Notes: generated by a model from the letters alone, not told the origin. Positions 16,512-25,741 are shown, counted from the first letter of the stretch. The stretch: DNA of 64,000 bases from Candidatus Pacearchaeota archaeon (GCA_018303995.1 JAGVXB010000033.1:2486-66485); one strand, 5' to 3'. Translations and numbers: made by a program.

Positions 16512-18668
16512 ATGATGGTAACAACTGAAGAAATTCTAAAAAAATACTCCCGTAAAATAGAATCTGAAATAGGTATAAAAAAATCAACAGAAATCTATTC
16601 TCAAGACTACGAACAATTCAAACAAGACATGCTCCCAGATATGTCCAGATACAAAAGATGGACAGATTCTCTAGGAAATGCAATAAAAATAAAACTATCG
16701 GCTAAAGAAAATGCAAAAATCCAACGCCATTTAGATATAGCCCATTTAGACATAACTGCATCTCAGTCAGCATCCTTGGCACTAATAGCAATGCTTCTAA
16801 CTTTATTCGTAACTTTCACATTAGTTCTAAGCATAAATCTTCTAGGAGAATCATTTCCAATAATGCTCACATTTTTAGGATTTATCTTAAGCGGTTTTGT
16901 ATATTACTACGTTTACTCCATGCCAGACAGATTAGCAAACATATGGAGATTAAAAGCATCCTCCCAAATGATTCCAGCCATCTTATACATTGTTATCTAC
17001 ATGAAACACACTTCAAATTTAGAAAGAGCCGTCCAATTTGCCTCAGAACATCTTGAAATTCCTTTAGCACTAGATTTCAAAAAAGTTTTATATGATGTAG
17101 AAACAGGAAAATACCAAACAGTAAAACAATCTTTAGACGCCTATCTAGAAACATGGCGTGATTACTCCCCTGAGTTCATAGAATCATTTCACTTAATAGA
17201 ATCCAGCCTATACGAACCATCAGACACTCAAAGAATTAACACGTTAGAAAGAGCCTTACAAATAATTCTAGACGGCGTTTACGACAAAATGCTTACATAT
17301 TCGAGAGAGATTCGCTCACCTTTAACAAACATCTACATGCTTGGAATTATATTACCAACATTAGCTCTAGCCCTTTTGCCTCTAGCCAGCGTAGTCATAG
17401 CAAACGGCTTAAAATGGTATCATCTTATTATAATCTTTAATTTGATTATCCCATTAGGGGTTTACTTCATGACTTCTGAAATACTATTCAAACGTCCAGG
17501 AGGCTACGGAGAAAACTCAAACATTAAAAAAAATCCCCAATACTATAATTTCATTTCAAAAAAGCCATGGGCAATCGCAGGCTTAATTTGTATCCCTATA
17601 TTTATCATAGGACTATTGCCATTTTTATTTCAAAGTGATTTTATCACAAATCTCTTAAATCTAAAAAATGATTATACATTCGGCGAGTTAGGCCTATCTT
17701 TTTTTGAAGAACAACTTCTATTTGATTTCAAAAAAGTAGGAAGCAGTACAATAGGTCCATTCGGATTAGCAGGAATAATACTAAGTTTATTCATCCCTCT
17801 TTCAATAGCATTATTCTTCAGCTTAGCATACAAACTCAAAACAAAAGAAATAATAAAATCACGAAAAGAAACTAAAGAATTAGAACATGAATTCACAAGC
17901 ACTCTATTCCAATTAGGAAATCGTTTAGGCGACGGAGTTCCAGCAGAAAGAGTATTTTCAAAAGTAGCAGAATCAACTCAAGGCCAGAAAACTCAAAGTT
18001 TCTTTCAATTAGTAAATCAAAACATCCAACAATTAGGTATGCCTTTAGATGATGCAATATTCAATTCTCAAAGAGGAGCAATAATTTACTATCCATCTGC
18101 ACTCATCTCCACAAGCATGCGCATTTTAATAGAATCAGTAAAAAAAGGATTAAAAATAGCCGCAAGAGCAATGATGTCAATTTCAGACTATGTAAAAAAC
18201 ATTCAAAAAATAAATGACAGGTTAAGAGATTTATTAGCAGAAGTAGTTTCAGACATGCGCTCAAACATGGTATTTCTAGCCCCATTATTATCAGGAATAA
18301 TAGTAGGATTAACGTCAATGATTGCACTAATACTCAACAAACTAAAGAGTCTATCAAACTTAACTGGTGAAGGAGGTGCAGAAATCCCTGGATTAGGTTC
18401 AATGGGAAACATAATAGATTTATTTGATATTACTGGGATAGTCCCCCCTTATTTTGTCCAAATATCAATAGGAATCTACTTAATAGAAATAATTTTCATC
18501 TTAACAGGAACTTTAGTAACTGTAGACTCAGGAAAAGACGAATTACAAGAAAAATATGAATTATCTAGAAACCTAAAAAGAGGCTTAACATTATATCTCA
18601 TCACAACTCTCTTAAGCACAATCATGTTAACAGGCTTAGCAGCCGTAGCCCTTTCAGGATTAGGTTAA
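16512..18668 (+). CDS. FlaJ/PilC/TadC-like polytopic platform protein (two T2SS-F-like domains)
   Basis: 718 aa. Two soluble helical domains (about residues 150-270 and 450-560, e.g. ELEHEFTSTLFQLGNRLGDGVPAERVF...GMPLDDAIF) are each followed by TM clusters. It sits next to the secretion ATPase. Confidence 0.6.
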   Translation: MMVTTEEILKKYSRKIESEIGIKKSTEIYSQDYEQFKQDMLPDMSRYKRWTDSLGNAIKIKLSAKENAKIQRHLDIAHLDITASQSASLALIAMLLTLFVTFTLVLSINLLGESFPIMLTFLGFILSGFVYYYVYSMPDRLANIWRLKASSQMIPAILYIVIYMKHTSNLERAVQFASEHLEIPLALDFKKVLYDVETGKYQTVKQSLDAYLETWRDYSPEFIESFHLIESSLYEPSDTQRINTLERALQIILDGVYDKMLTYSREIRSPLTNIYMLGIILPTLALALLPLASVVIANGLKWYHLIIIFNLIIPLGVYFMTSEILFKRPGGYGENSNIKKNPQYYNFISKKPWAIAGLICIPIFIIGLLPFLFQSDFITNLLNLKNDYTFGELGLSFFEEQLLFDFKKVGSSTIGPFGLAGIILSLFIPLSIALFFSLAYKLKTKEIIKSRKETKELEHEFTSTLFQLGNRLGDGVPAERVFSKVAESTQGQKTQSFFQLVNQNIQQLGMPLDDAIFNSQRGAIIYYPSALISTSMRILIESVKKGLKIAARAMMSISDYVKNIQKINDRLRDLLAEVVSDMRSNMVFLAPLLSGIIVGLTSMIALILNKLKSLSNLTGEGGAEIPGLGSMGNIIDLFDITGIVPPYFVQISIGIYLIEIIFILTGTLVTVDSGKDELQEKYELSRNLKRGLTLYLITTLLSTIMLTGLAAVALSGLG

Positions 18669-19072
18669 GAATTGATTATTCCAAATAGTTCTTCAGGTTT
18701 TATTATTTTAATACCTCTAAATTCTTTTAATATTAGCAAATGCCTTAAGTCATAAGTTATAATAAATTCAGAGTTAGATACCACAGCACACTCCAAAATC
18801 TTATTATCATCAGAATCCTCTTTTATTACCTCTATTTTCTCAATTGGTTGAACGAGCTTAGCAAACATCATCACAAAAGGAATAATTTCCTGAATTTCTA
18901 AGTAAGAATAATCAAAATCTCTCATAAGAATTCCACTAAATTCATCAATTATCTCTTTACTAACAAAAAGAGGGTCGTTTCTTTCTATAAGTTTAACAAG
19001 TAATTTATTAGCAACACTATAATCCCATTGCGTAGCAGAAATAAGAAAATTTGTATCTAATGTAATCCTCAT
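18665..19072 (-). CDS. vapC: PIN-domain toxin (VapC-like)
   Basis: MRITLDTNFLISA...DDNKILECAV...IITYDLRHL has the acidic PIN residues. It overlaps the upstream antitoxin gene by 4 nt. Confidence 0.75.
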   Translation of the reverse strand: MRITLDTNFLISATQWDYSVANKLLVKLIERNDPLFVSKEIIDEFSGILMRDFDYSYLEIQEIIPFVMMFAKLVQPIEKIEVIKEDSDDNKILECAVVSNSEFIITYDLRHLLILKEFRGIKIIKPEELFGIINS

Positions 19073-19350
19073 AAGTTTTTAATTTTAGATTTTCTGTATG
19101 CATGAACAAGATCATCTACATCACTCTCTTTTATTCCTAATTTTTCAGCCCTTTTCGCACCATTAGCAGCTATTTTTTGCAAGTTTCTTATTAACTCTTC
19201 TTTAGAAGGCACTTCTATTTTCTTTAGGACTATGGAGTCTCCACTACTTAAGACTACAAAAACACTTCCTTCATCAGCATTTACTTCTTCCCTTACTTTT
19301 TGAGGAATTACAATCTGTCCTTTTGAAGACATTCTAACAGTTTCAACCAT
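19069..19350 (-). CDS. vapB: AbrB/SpoVT-type antitoxin (VapB-like)
   Basis: MSSKGQIVIPQKVREEVNADEGSVFVV is a swapped-hairpin AbrB motif. Confidence 0.8.
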   Translation of the reverse strand: MVETVRMSSKGQIVIPQKVREEVNADEGSVFVVLSSGDSIVLKKIEVPSKEELIRNLQKIAANGAKRAEKLGIKESDVDDLVHAYRKSKIKNL

Positions 19351-19411
19351 GTAAGAAAGTAAGATATGCTTACTTATAAATCTTTCGAATTAATAAAAAT
19401 AAAATCAAACC

Positions 19412-19723
19412 CTAAAACTTCATCTGAGGAGTCTGAGGTTCTATATTAGCAATTCTTCCATCTAAAACTCCAATTATGACTTCTTCTTCAGCATATCCAT
19501 TTACATAAGCTTCTCTAAGTGAAGGATGAAGTTCATTAACATCAACTTTTCTCCCATAAAAAGTTTCAGGAAAAGATTCCTTTCGTCCAAATGGTCCATA
19601 TTTAGGCAAATCAGTAGAATTATTCCTATCAAAACCGCAATAAGCAATTCCTGCTAATCCAATTAAACCTGCAAAAACAAGTCCTAAATTTCTTTTATTT
19701 TTCATACTAAATCTTCCTAACAT
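19412..19723 (-). CDS. Small N-terminally anchored protein
   Basis: MKNKRNLGLVFAGLIGLAGIAYCGF. It overlaps the 3' end of the ATPase gene by 17 nt. Confidence 0.4.
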   Translation of the reverse strand: MLGRFSMKNKRNLGLVFAGLIGLAGIAYCGFDRNNSTDLPKYGPFGRKESFPETFYGRKVDVNELHPSLREAYVNGYAEEEVIIGVLDGRIANIEPQTPQMKF

Positions 19724-21965
19724 TATTCATCAACCAGCTTCTCCATTCCGGAAAAACGCGATCAGAAACAGGCAAACCAATTTCATGAGTAATTTTTTCA
19801 CTTATGCGATGAAACATATCATTCGATAAAGCATTGAACTTCGCTTCCATTAAAGAAGGCATCTGCAACTTTCGAGCAACATCAACAATCTCCTGCTTAA
19901 TCTTGGCGCGTAATAAAATATTATCCCAAACGGCATCCCAATTTCCAGCCCATCCTTTAACACTTCCAGCAATTGCCTTCACAATCTCAGAATCTCCATT
20001 CATCAAATCTTCCGTAGGTTCAAGCTCATCTTTCTCAACATTATATTTAATCAAATCAACAAATCCCTTTTCCTCTTCAGGGTCTTTAAGCCAATGCTTT
20101 CTAACTTCAGTCAATTGAGTAACTCTCTTCTTATAATGCATCCCATCTGGAGTCCTAATCGGATTAGCAACAACTACAATATCAGTTGCCTTAAAACTCG
20201 TTACAGGAACTCCTAAATCATTTACAACCCTATCAAAAACACCATAAGGAGAAGCTCCGTGAATAGTCCCAGCAACTAAATTAGCCAAAGCACCAACTCT
20301 CATCGCTTCATAAAGTGCCTTAGCTTCACTTGATCTAACTTCTCCAACAATTAAAGCAGAATCTCCCAAACGAAGTGAAGCACGTATACCTTCAGAAGCC
20401 TCAACTTCAGTAGTCGCCTCAAGCAATGCGCTTCGAACTTTCATTCTCTGAATATTATAACCAAGTTTTCGCAAAGAATCCACACTTAACTCTAAAGTAT
20501 CCTCTACCACCAACATTCTAACAGAAGGAATTACTTCAAGCATAACGCTCCCCAAAAGTGAAGTCTTTCCTGAAGAGCGAGTCCCCGCAATTAACATAGT
20601 CCTATTCCCATCAACAATAAAACTCATAAGCCCAGCAGTAAAAGAATTAATCATTTTATTCTCAATAAAGAGAGGAAGAGTCCATGGCTCTTCTCTATGC
20701 CTACGTAAAGCATAAGCAATTCCCGTCGGAGAAAGAGGGCGCTGTATAGCAGCAACCCTTGCCCGTATATTTCCAAAAAATATGTCCGTATCTAATATAG
20801 GATTAGCCTCGTCCAAAGGACGACCGCTCTGCAAACGAAGTTTAGAAGCCCATGAATCAGCATCTTCATAAGAAGGCAAAATGTTAGTAACACAATCTCC
20901 ATATTTAGCATGCCTAACAAAAACATAATTCTGTCCTATCGGCGAATTCAAAAAAATATCTTGTAATTTATCATCAAAAAGCAAAACCTCAACTAATCCA
21001 AAACCAATAGTCTGTCTGACAAGAATTCTAGCAAGACTATTTAGCTCTCGGTAATTTAAAGGAATATTTTTATTCACAGACAACTCGGAAAGTAAGTCGC
21101 GCGCAACATTAAAAAAAAGCGAGCGTACTTTCTCAGAATCAACAAACTCCTCAGATTTAGGTTGATACTCTAACAAAACGCCCTTTCCAAGATTAAGTAA
21201 AAGATGATGTTCTTCGCTCAAAGCATATTCCGGAGGCATAATGTGATAAAGATATTTTGCATCTCCCTGAACTTTCAATATCATCACAGAAACACTTTCA
21301 AAACCAGACTTCAGTTCATACTGGTCCATAATCTCCGCATCTTGAGGCATCTGAGCAACAAGACGGGTAAGTGTAAAATTAGGCAAAATGTCAGGCCTAA
21401 AAATAGAATAATAAACCTTGCGATCTCCAATAGCATACGTATCAACAACATCAATTAAAGAAGATATTAGTCTAGTCTTTAACAATAACTCTCTAAACCT
21501 ATCAAGAACTCCAAGATAAGCATCAAAATGTCTCGAGTCTTTTAAATTTCTATTATATACTCCAATTCTTTTAATAACCTCAAGATAACAAGCAACAGGA
21601 TCCTGCCTCAAAAGACTAAGCAAATAACTCAACTCACGAGGCGCAAATTCTAGATTAATAAAAAGATTAAGTTTATCGGGCGCAAGAATTCTTTCTTGTT
21701 TAAGCAAAAAAGTATATAACTGAGATATCTCCAAAAGAATAGAAACTTGCTCAAAAGGATAATTATAATTTCTCTGTTGCACAAAAACTATTCTCGAAAC
21801 CTCAGGATTATCAGTCAAAGCATCAACGGCACGAGCCATAGTCTCTGCAGAATCTGCAATAGACGGAACGCTAGAAGCACCTAAATAATTAATATATAAA
21901 ATAGTTTCCCCCTCCTTACGCTGTATTTCTGTGGAATACGCCGGAGCATTAAGTTTAAACACCAT
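19707..21965 (-). CDS. Type II/IV secretion system ATPase (FlaI/PilB/TadA-like) with a long N-terminal region
   Basis: The motifs are Walker A LIAGTRSSGKTS (Lys about residue 467), Asp box VVEDTLEL, Walker B ALIVGEVRSSEA and His box AGTIHGASP. Confidence 0.85.
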   Translation of the reverse strand: MVFKLNAPAYSTEIQRKEGETILYINYLGASSVPSIADSAETMARAVDALTDNPEVSRIVFVQQRNYNYPFEQVSILLEISQLYTFLLKQERILAPDKLNLFINLEFAPRELSYLLSLLRQDPVACYLEVIKRIGVYNRNLKDSRHFDAYLGVLDRFRELLLKTRLISSLIDVVDTYAIGDRKVYYSIFRPDILPNFTLTRLVAQMPQDAEIMDQYELKSGFESVSVMILKVQGDAKYLYHIMPPEYALSEEHHLLLNLGKGVLLEYQPKSEEFVDSEKVRSLFFNVARDLLSELSVNKNIPLNYRELNSLARILVRQTIGFGLVEVLLFDDKLQDIFLNSPIGQNYVFVRHAKYGDCVTNILPSYEDADSWASKLRLQSGRPLDEANPILDTDIFFGNIRARVAAIQRPLSPTGIAYALRRHREEPWTLPLFIENKMINSFTAGLMSFIVDGNRTMLIAGTRSSGKTSLLGSVMLEVIPSVRMLVVEDTLELSVDSLRKLGYNIQRMKVRSALLEATTEVEASEGIRASLRLGDSALIVGEVRSSEAKALYEAMRVGALANLVAGTIHGASPYGVFDRVVNDLGVPVTSFKATDIVVVANPIRTPDGMHYKKRVTQLTEVRKHWLKDPEEEKGFVDLIKYNVEKDELEPTEDLMNGDSEIVKAIAGSVKGWAGNWDAVWDNILLRAKIKQEIVDVARKLQMPSLMEAKFNALSNDMFHRISEKITHEIGLPVSDRVFPEWRSWLMNNVRKI

Positions 21966-22038
21966 AAATAATCAAAATAATCATTCGTTAAATAGTTATC
22001 CATAATTCTTTTTAGATAATTTTAAGAATTATCCATTA

Positions 22039-22080
22039 GAGAATTCTGAACTAAAAACTATTAGACAAATCAGAATTCTC
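22039..22080. repeat. 11-bp perfect inverted repeat GAGAATTCTGA ... TCAGAATTCTC (20-nt spacer)
   Basis: Read directly from the sequence. It sits between the stop of 22082-22288 (-) and the ATPase start. Confidence 0.5.
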
Positions 22081-22081
22081 T

Positions 22082-22288
22082 TTATTGCTCCTTAAATCTC
22101 GCAAGATACAACCATGTACTTAAAATACCTGCTAAAAAGAAGAAAAAAGCAGTTAAATTAGCCTTATTATTAGCAACATCTGATATCAAATAACCTGTAA
22201 AACTTTGAAAAGAGAAAACAGCAGATGCTATAAAAAACGAAAAAATCAAAACGATTAGGATAATTCGAGTAACAAACATCAAAAACAC
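22082..22288 (-). CDS. Small 2-TM membrane protein
   Basis: 68 aa with two hydrophobic helices. Confidence 0.35.
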   Translation of the reverse strand: MFLMFVTRIILIVLIFSFFIASAVFSFQSFTGYLISDVANNKANLTAFFFFLAGILSTWLYLARFKEQ

Positions 22289-22333
22289 AACAAAAGAGAG
22301 TTTAAATAAATTAAGGTTATGTAAAATAAATTA

Positions 22334-22378
22334 TGTATAACTGACTTGATCAATTTATCTTTTAGGTCAGTTATACAG
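22334..22378. repeat. 12-bp perfect inverted repeat TGTATAACTGAC ... GTCAGTTATACA (21-nt spacer)
   Basis: Read directly from the sequence, in a divergent intergenic region. A third half-site-like copy, AAGTCAGTT, lies near 22411. Confidence 0.5.
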
Positions 22379-22464
22379 ATAGAGAAGTGAAAATATTATG
22401 TCTCAAAATTAAGTCAGTTCCCTATATCACAAACAGTTTTAAACTACAAATCACTTAAAATAAT

Positions 22465-22788
22465 ATGGTTCAGGAGTATCAGCAGTCGGAAGGGCAATAT
22501 TATACAGACATTAACGGTCGCTTAAAAGATATGGAAGAAAAGCAAAGACTGCTCAGAGATAGAATATTATTAATAGGAAAAAATGTTATTGAGGACCGTG
22601 AATCAATAATGAATGAGTTGCAAGAATTAAAAAAAAGCTTGTCTAAAACAGCAGAGGAAAACATTAAAATACAGGATTTCCTAAAGAAAGTTGCAGATCA
22701 ATTATCTGAATCTGCAAGAAAAGAGGAACTACTAATGCTACAACGCCAAATCGAACTATTTATGACTGCGCATGGGAGGGGAAAGTAA
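22465..22788 (+). CDS. Coiled-coil protein
   Basis: 107 aa with a heptad-like, charged sequence. Its stop overlaps the next ATG by 1 nt (TAATG). Confidence 0.45.
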   Translation: MVQEYQQSEGQYYTDINGRLKDMEEKQRLLRDRILLIGKNVIEDRESIMNELQELKKSLSKTAEENIKIQDFLKKVADQLSESARKEELLMLQRQIELFMTAHGRGK

Positions 22789-23420
22789 TGGGAATTTTAG
22801 AAGAAATTCAGCGAATGCAACAATCAGGCTTATCAGAAGAAGAAATAATTTCAAAACTTCAAGAGCAAGGAAATCCTTATCGAGATATATCTGAAGCAAT
22901 GGCGCAAAGTAAAATAAAACAAGCAGTCGAAGACCGCAGCAGTATCCCAGAACCTCCAACCCCTAGTGATTCTCAAACCCAAGGAATGCAACAATCAATA
23001 ATACAACCCCCACAACAAGAAGCACCTCAACAAGAATACTTTCCAGAACAACAAGAATTTCAAAACCAAGGAGCTGAATATGTGCAACAAGGATACGATT
23101 CTGGACAGTCTTCTAGCTTAAGCAGCGACACAATAATGGAAATTTCAGAACAGATAGTGTCTGAAAAAATGACAGATATTAGAAAAAAAATGGAAAAAAT
23201 ATCTATATTCAAAACAGAACTTGAAACAAAAACAGAATCAATAGAAGAACGCCTTAAGCGAATAGAAAAAATAATTGACACGTTACAGACTTCAGTTCTC
23301 AGAAAAGTAGGAGACTATGTCACAAACGTCGAAGACTTAAAGCATGAAATGATTGAAACTCAAAAAACATTTGCAAAAGTTCTAGGTTCAAAGCATCACG
23401 AAAAAGAACATAAAAAATAA
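22788..23420 (+). CDS. Protein with a helical N-domain, Q/P-rich linker and C-terminal coiled coil
   Basis: The N-terminus is MGILEEIQRMQQSGLSEEEIISKLQEQGNPYRDISEAMAQSKIKQ. A QQ/PQ-rich low-complexity region follows, then a coiled coil. Confidence 0.45.
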   Translation: MGILEEIQRMQQSGLSEEEIISKLQEQGNPYRDISEAMAQSKIKQAVEDRSSIPEPPTPSDSQTQGMQQSIIQPPQQEAPQQEYFPEQQEFQNQGAEYVQQGYDSGQSSSLSSDTIMEISEQIVSEKMTDIRKKMEKISIFKTELETKTESIEERLKRIEKIIDTLQTSVLRKVGDYVTNVEDLKHEMIETQKTFAKVLGSKHHEKEHKK

Positions 23421-23438
23421 TTTATTCTTTATTTGATA

Positions 23439-23984
23439 TTATTTCTTAGCCGGAGTAATTCCACCAGTCTTCCACAAAAACCAAGTAACAAAAATAGCAA
23501 CGCCAATCAGTAAAAAGAAACCTTTGACTTGTGGAGAATATAACCAACTAAAAAAATAAACTAATGTAGGATTCCCATTAGAAACCTGCGAACTAGTTGC
23601 CGTAGGCAGATAGGGACTCACAGAATTAGAAAATACCTTTATTCCAGAAACTAAAAAAATTAAAATTAAAATGACAACAAAAACCCACCCCATACTCTTA
23701 CTTACTATAGATTTTCCAGAATCCCCCATAAATCCAACAAGAGCCATAATCAAAAATAACGCAATAAGCAAAACAGCAAACCAAGGAATAACATTCAATA
23801 CAAGTTGCTTAATACTAGAAGCCGTTATGAATATTGTCGCAATAACAAAAGAAAGAAAAATATTCATATACATATTTTTCCCAATTAATTCAGTCTTATG
23901 CAACAAAGCAACCATTATTACAAACACAACTAAAAATACCATCACGGGCGCAAAATAAACAAATGAAGAAACGTCGGCTGCCAT
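23439..23984 (-). CDS. Polytopic membrane protein, paralog family member 3
   Basis: It shares the N-terminal pattern (hydrophobic helix, then ALLHKTELIGKNMYMN) with the next two genes. Confidence 0.5.
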   Translation of the reverse strand: MAADVSSFVYFAPVMVFLVVFVIMVALLHKTELIGKNMYMNIFLSFVIATIFITASSIKQLVLNVIPWFAVLLIALFLIMALVGFMGDSGKSIVSKSMGWVFVVILILIFLVSGIKVFSNSVSPYLPTATSSQVSNGNPTLVYFFSWLYSPQVKGFFLLIGVAIFVTWFLWKTGGITPAKK

Positions 23985-23986
23985 GA

Positions 23987-24607
23987 TTAACTGCGAATTG
24001 CCTTTATTTCCCCAGCATATACCTTATTTTCTGCAGATCTCGCATCTGCACCTTTAGGCTCTCTAAAGAATTGCAAAAGAATCACAAATAAAACAGCAAT
24101 CCAAGCTATAGAAACCCAATTCTGTTGCCACCAGAAGGAACCAAACCAAGCAAAACTATTCAAAACAGTAATCACTATAATCAAACCCACGACAATCCCT
24201 CCCCAGAAGAATGTAGGCATCCATTCGTGAATATTCCCTTGAGACATAAAAAGCCCTGCTAGAATCAAAACAACAACAATAACTACAATACCTATTCCCA
24301 AACCAGGAAGAAGCAAACCAAAGAAATCTGAAACTACTTGCAACCTCATAGCCATCAATGCAGCAGAAGCAGCAATTATAGAATTAACTCCTTTATTTCC
24401 TCCAAGAACCTTAGTCGAAGTCAAAATACCAAATATAACTGAAAAAATAAGAAGTGCTGGAAGTAAAAAATCAAACACTCCAGAAGTCTCCCATTGAGCA
24501 TATAAATCATATAAAGAAAAGAACTGCATGAAAGCACCTAACATAACCATGTTAAAGAAATACAAACTTTCTTTAAATATGTTTCGCCGGGAGTTATTAC
24601 AGTACAA
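23987..24607 (-). CDS. Polytopic membrane protein, paralog family member 2
   Basis: LLPALLIFSVIFGILTSTKVLGGNKGVNSIIAA. The true start is probably an internal Met (MQFF...). Confidence 0.5.
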   Translation of the reverse strand: MYCNNSRRNIFKESLYFFNMVMLGAFMQFFSLYDLYAQWETSGVFDFLLPALLIFSVIFGILTSTKVLGGNKGVNSIIAASAALMAMRLQVVSDFFGLLLPGLGIGIVVIVVVLILAGLFMSQGNIHEWMPTFFWGGIVVGLIIVITVLNSFAWFGSFWWQQNWVSIAWIAVLFVILLQFFREPKGADARSAENKVYAGEIKAIRS

Positions 24608-24709
24608 AGCTAAAAAATATCAAAAAAACAATATATCAAAATCCACACCCTCTGATTTAAATTTTCCAGAAACCACGATATAATTCAATTTTTTCTTCAA
24701 GTTTATTAA

Positions 24710-25246
24710 TTACTTATCTTTACCTTTACTCTCGGAATCCTTACCGCCACCGAACCAAACAATCAAAAATACGCCAATAATAATCAATATAAAAACAACA
24801 TTTGTAACCAAACTAGAACTATCAGCTCCAGTAAATTTCTCTACAATATAATCCCATGCTCCAGTAAACACAAGTCCTGCAATGACAACTGCGATAAAAG
24901 ACATCCACATTATTATTTTCTTAAATGTATCGTCTAACTTAAATTCTTTATCCTCTTTATGAAACACCGCAACTAAAATTAAAAACACAAGTATCAAAAC
25001 TACAGAAACAGCCAAAAAAGGAAGAAGCTGGTTAATTATTCCAACAGCACGAGCAAAAGTAATTGTTATCAGCCCAAACACAATCCCTACCAAAGCATCT
25101 ATTTGTTTCTTATCTTTTCCAAGAATTGCAGATTTCTGCAATATAGCAAAAACAACAGTAAATATCAAAATAAACGGCAACACCGCCTCGGATATAATCG
25201 GACTAGATAATATTGTTTCTACCATTACTGTATAAAAACAAAACAC
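24710..25246 (-). CDS. Polytopic membrane protein, paralog family member 1
   Basis: VLPFILIFTVVFAILQKSAILGKDKKQIDALVG. The likely start is MVETIL at 25225. Confidence 0.5.
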   Translation of the reverse strand: MFCFYTVMVETILSSPIISEAVLPFILIFTVVFAILQKSAILGKDKKQIDALVGIVFGLITITFARAVGIINQLLPFLAVSVVLILVFLILVAVFHKEDKEFKLDDTFKKIIMWMSFIAVVIAGLVFTGAWDYIVEKFTGADSSSLVTNVVFILIIIGVFLIVWFGGGKDSESKGKDK

Positions 25247-25267
25247 TTATTTAAATCTTGTCTAAAA

Positions 25268-25621
25268 CTAAAAACTATCAAATCCAGAAGTCATCATCGA
25301 ACTTCCACTAGAAGAGCCAGAAGAACTAGGCGCGTTAGAAGAACTCGATGTACTAGAAGGCATATCAACACCATCAGACTTAGATGGCAAAGAACCACCA
25401 GTAACTACAAAAACATCTCCAATTGCCTTGACAAACTGATGTGGAATGATTACTCCTCTAGCGCCTCCAAGAGTGCTTGTAAATCCTCCACTAACTCTAA
25501 TCTTCCATCCATCTACTTTGTTATCCATCAAATTAACATCGTCAACTTGACCAAAGTACTCACCTTCAGCAGTATAAACGTGTTTATTCATCACTTCGGA
25601 TATTTTTTTTATCTTAAGCAT
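25268..25621 (-). CDS. PRC-barrel domain protein with Ser-rich tail
   Basis: VMNKHVYTAEGEYFGQVDDVNLMDNKVDGWKIRV...GVIIPHQFVKAIGDVFVV is PRC-barrel-like. Confidence 0.7.
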   Translation of the reverse strand: MLKIKKISEVMNKHVYTAEGEYFGQVDDVNLMDNKVDGWKIRVSGGFTSTLGGARGVIIPHQFVKAIGDVFVVTGGSLPSKSDGVDMPSSTSSSSNAPSSSGSSSGSSMMTSGFDSF

Positions 25622-25741
25622 GTTATCAAAATGAGTTATAGTCTATTTATACTTTACGTTTACTAAATAGACATATTGCAGTAGTATAAACAGCAACAAT
25701 AAATTTATATGTAGGTCTGTTTATTATGACTTGGAGCAAAA

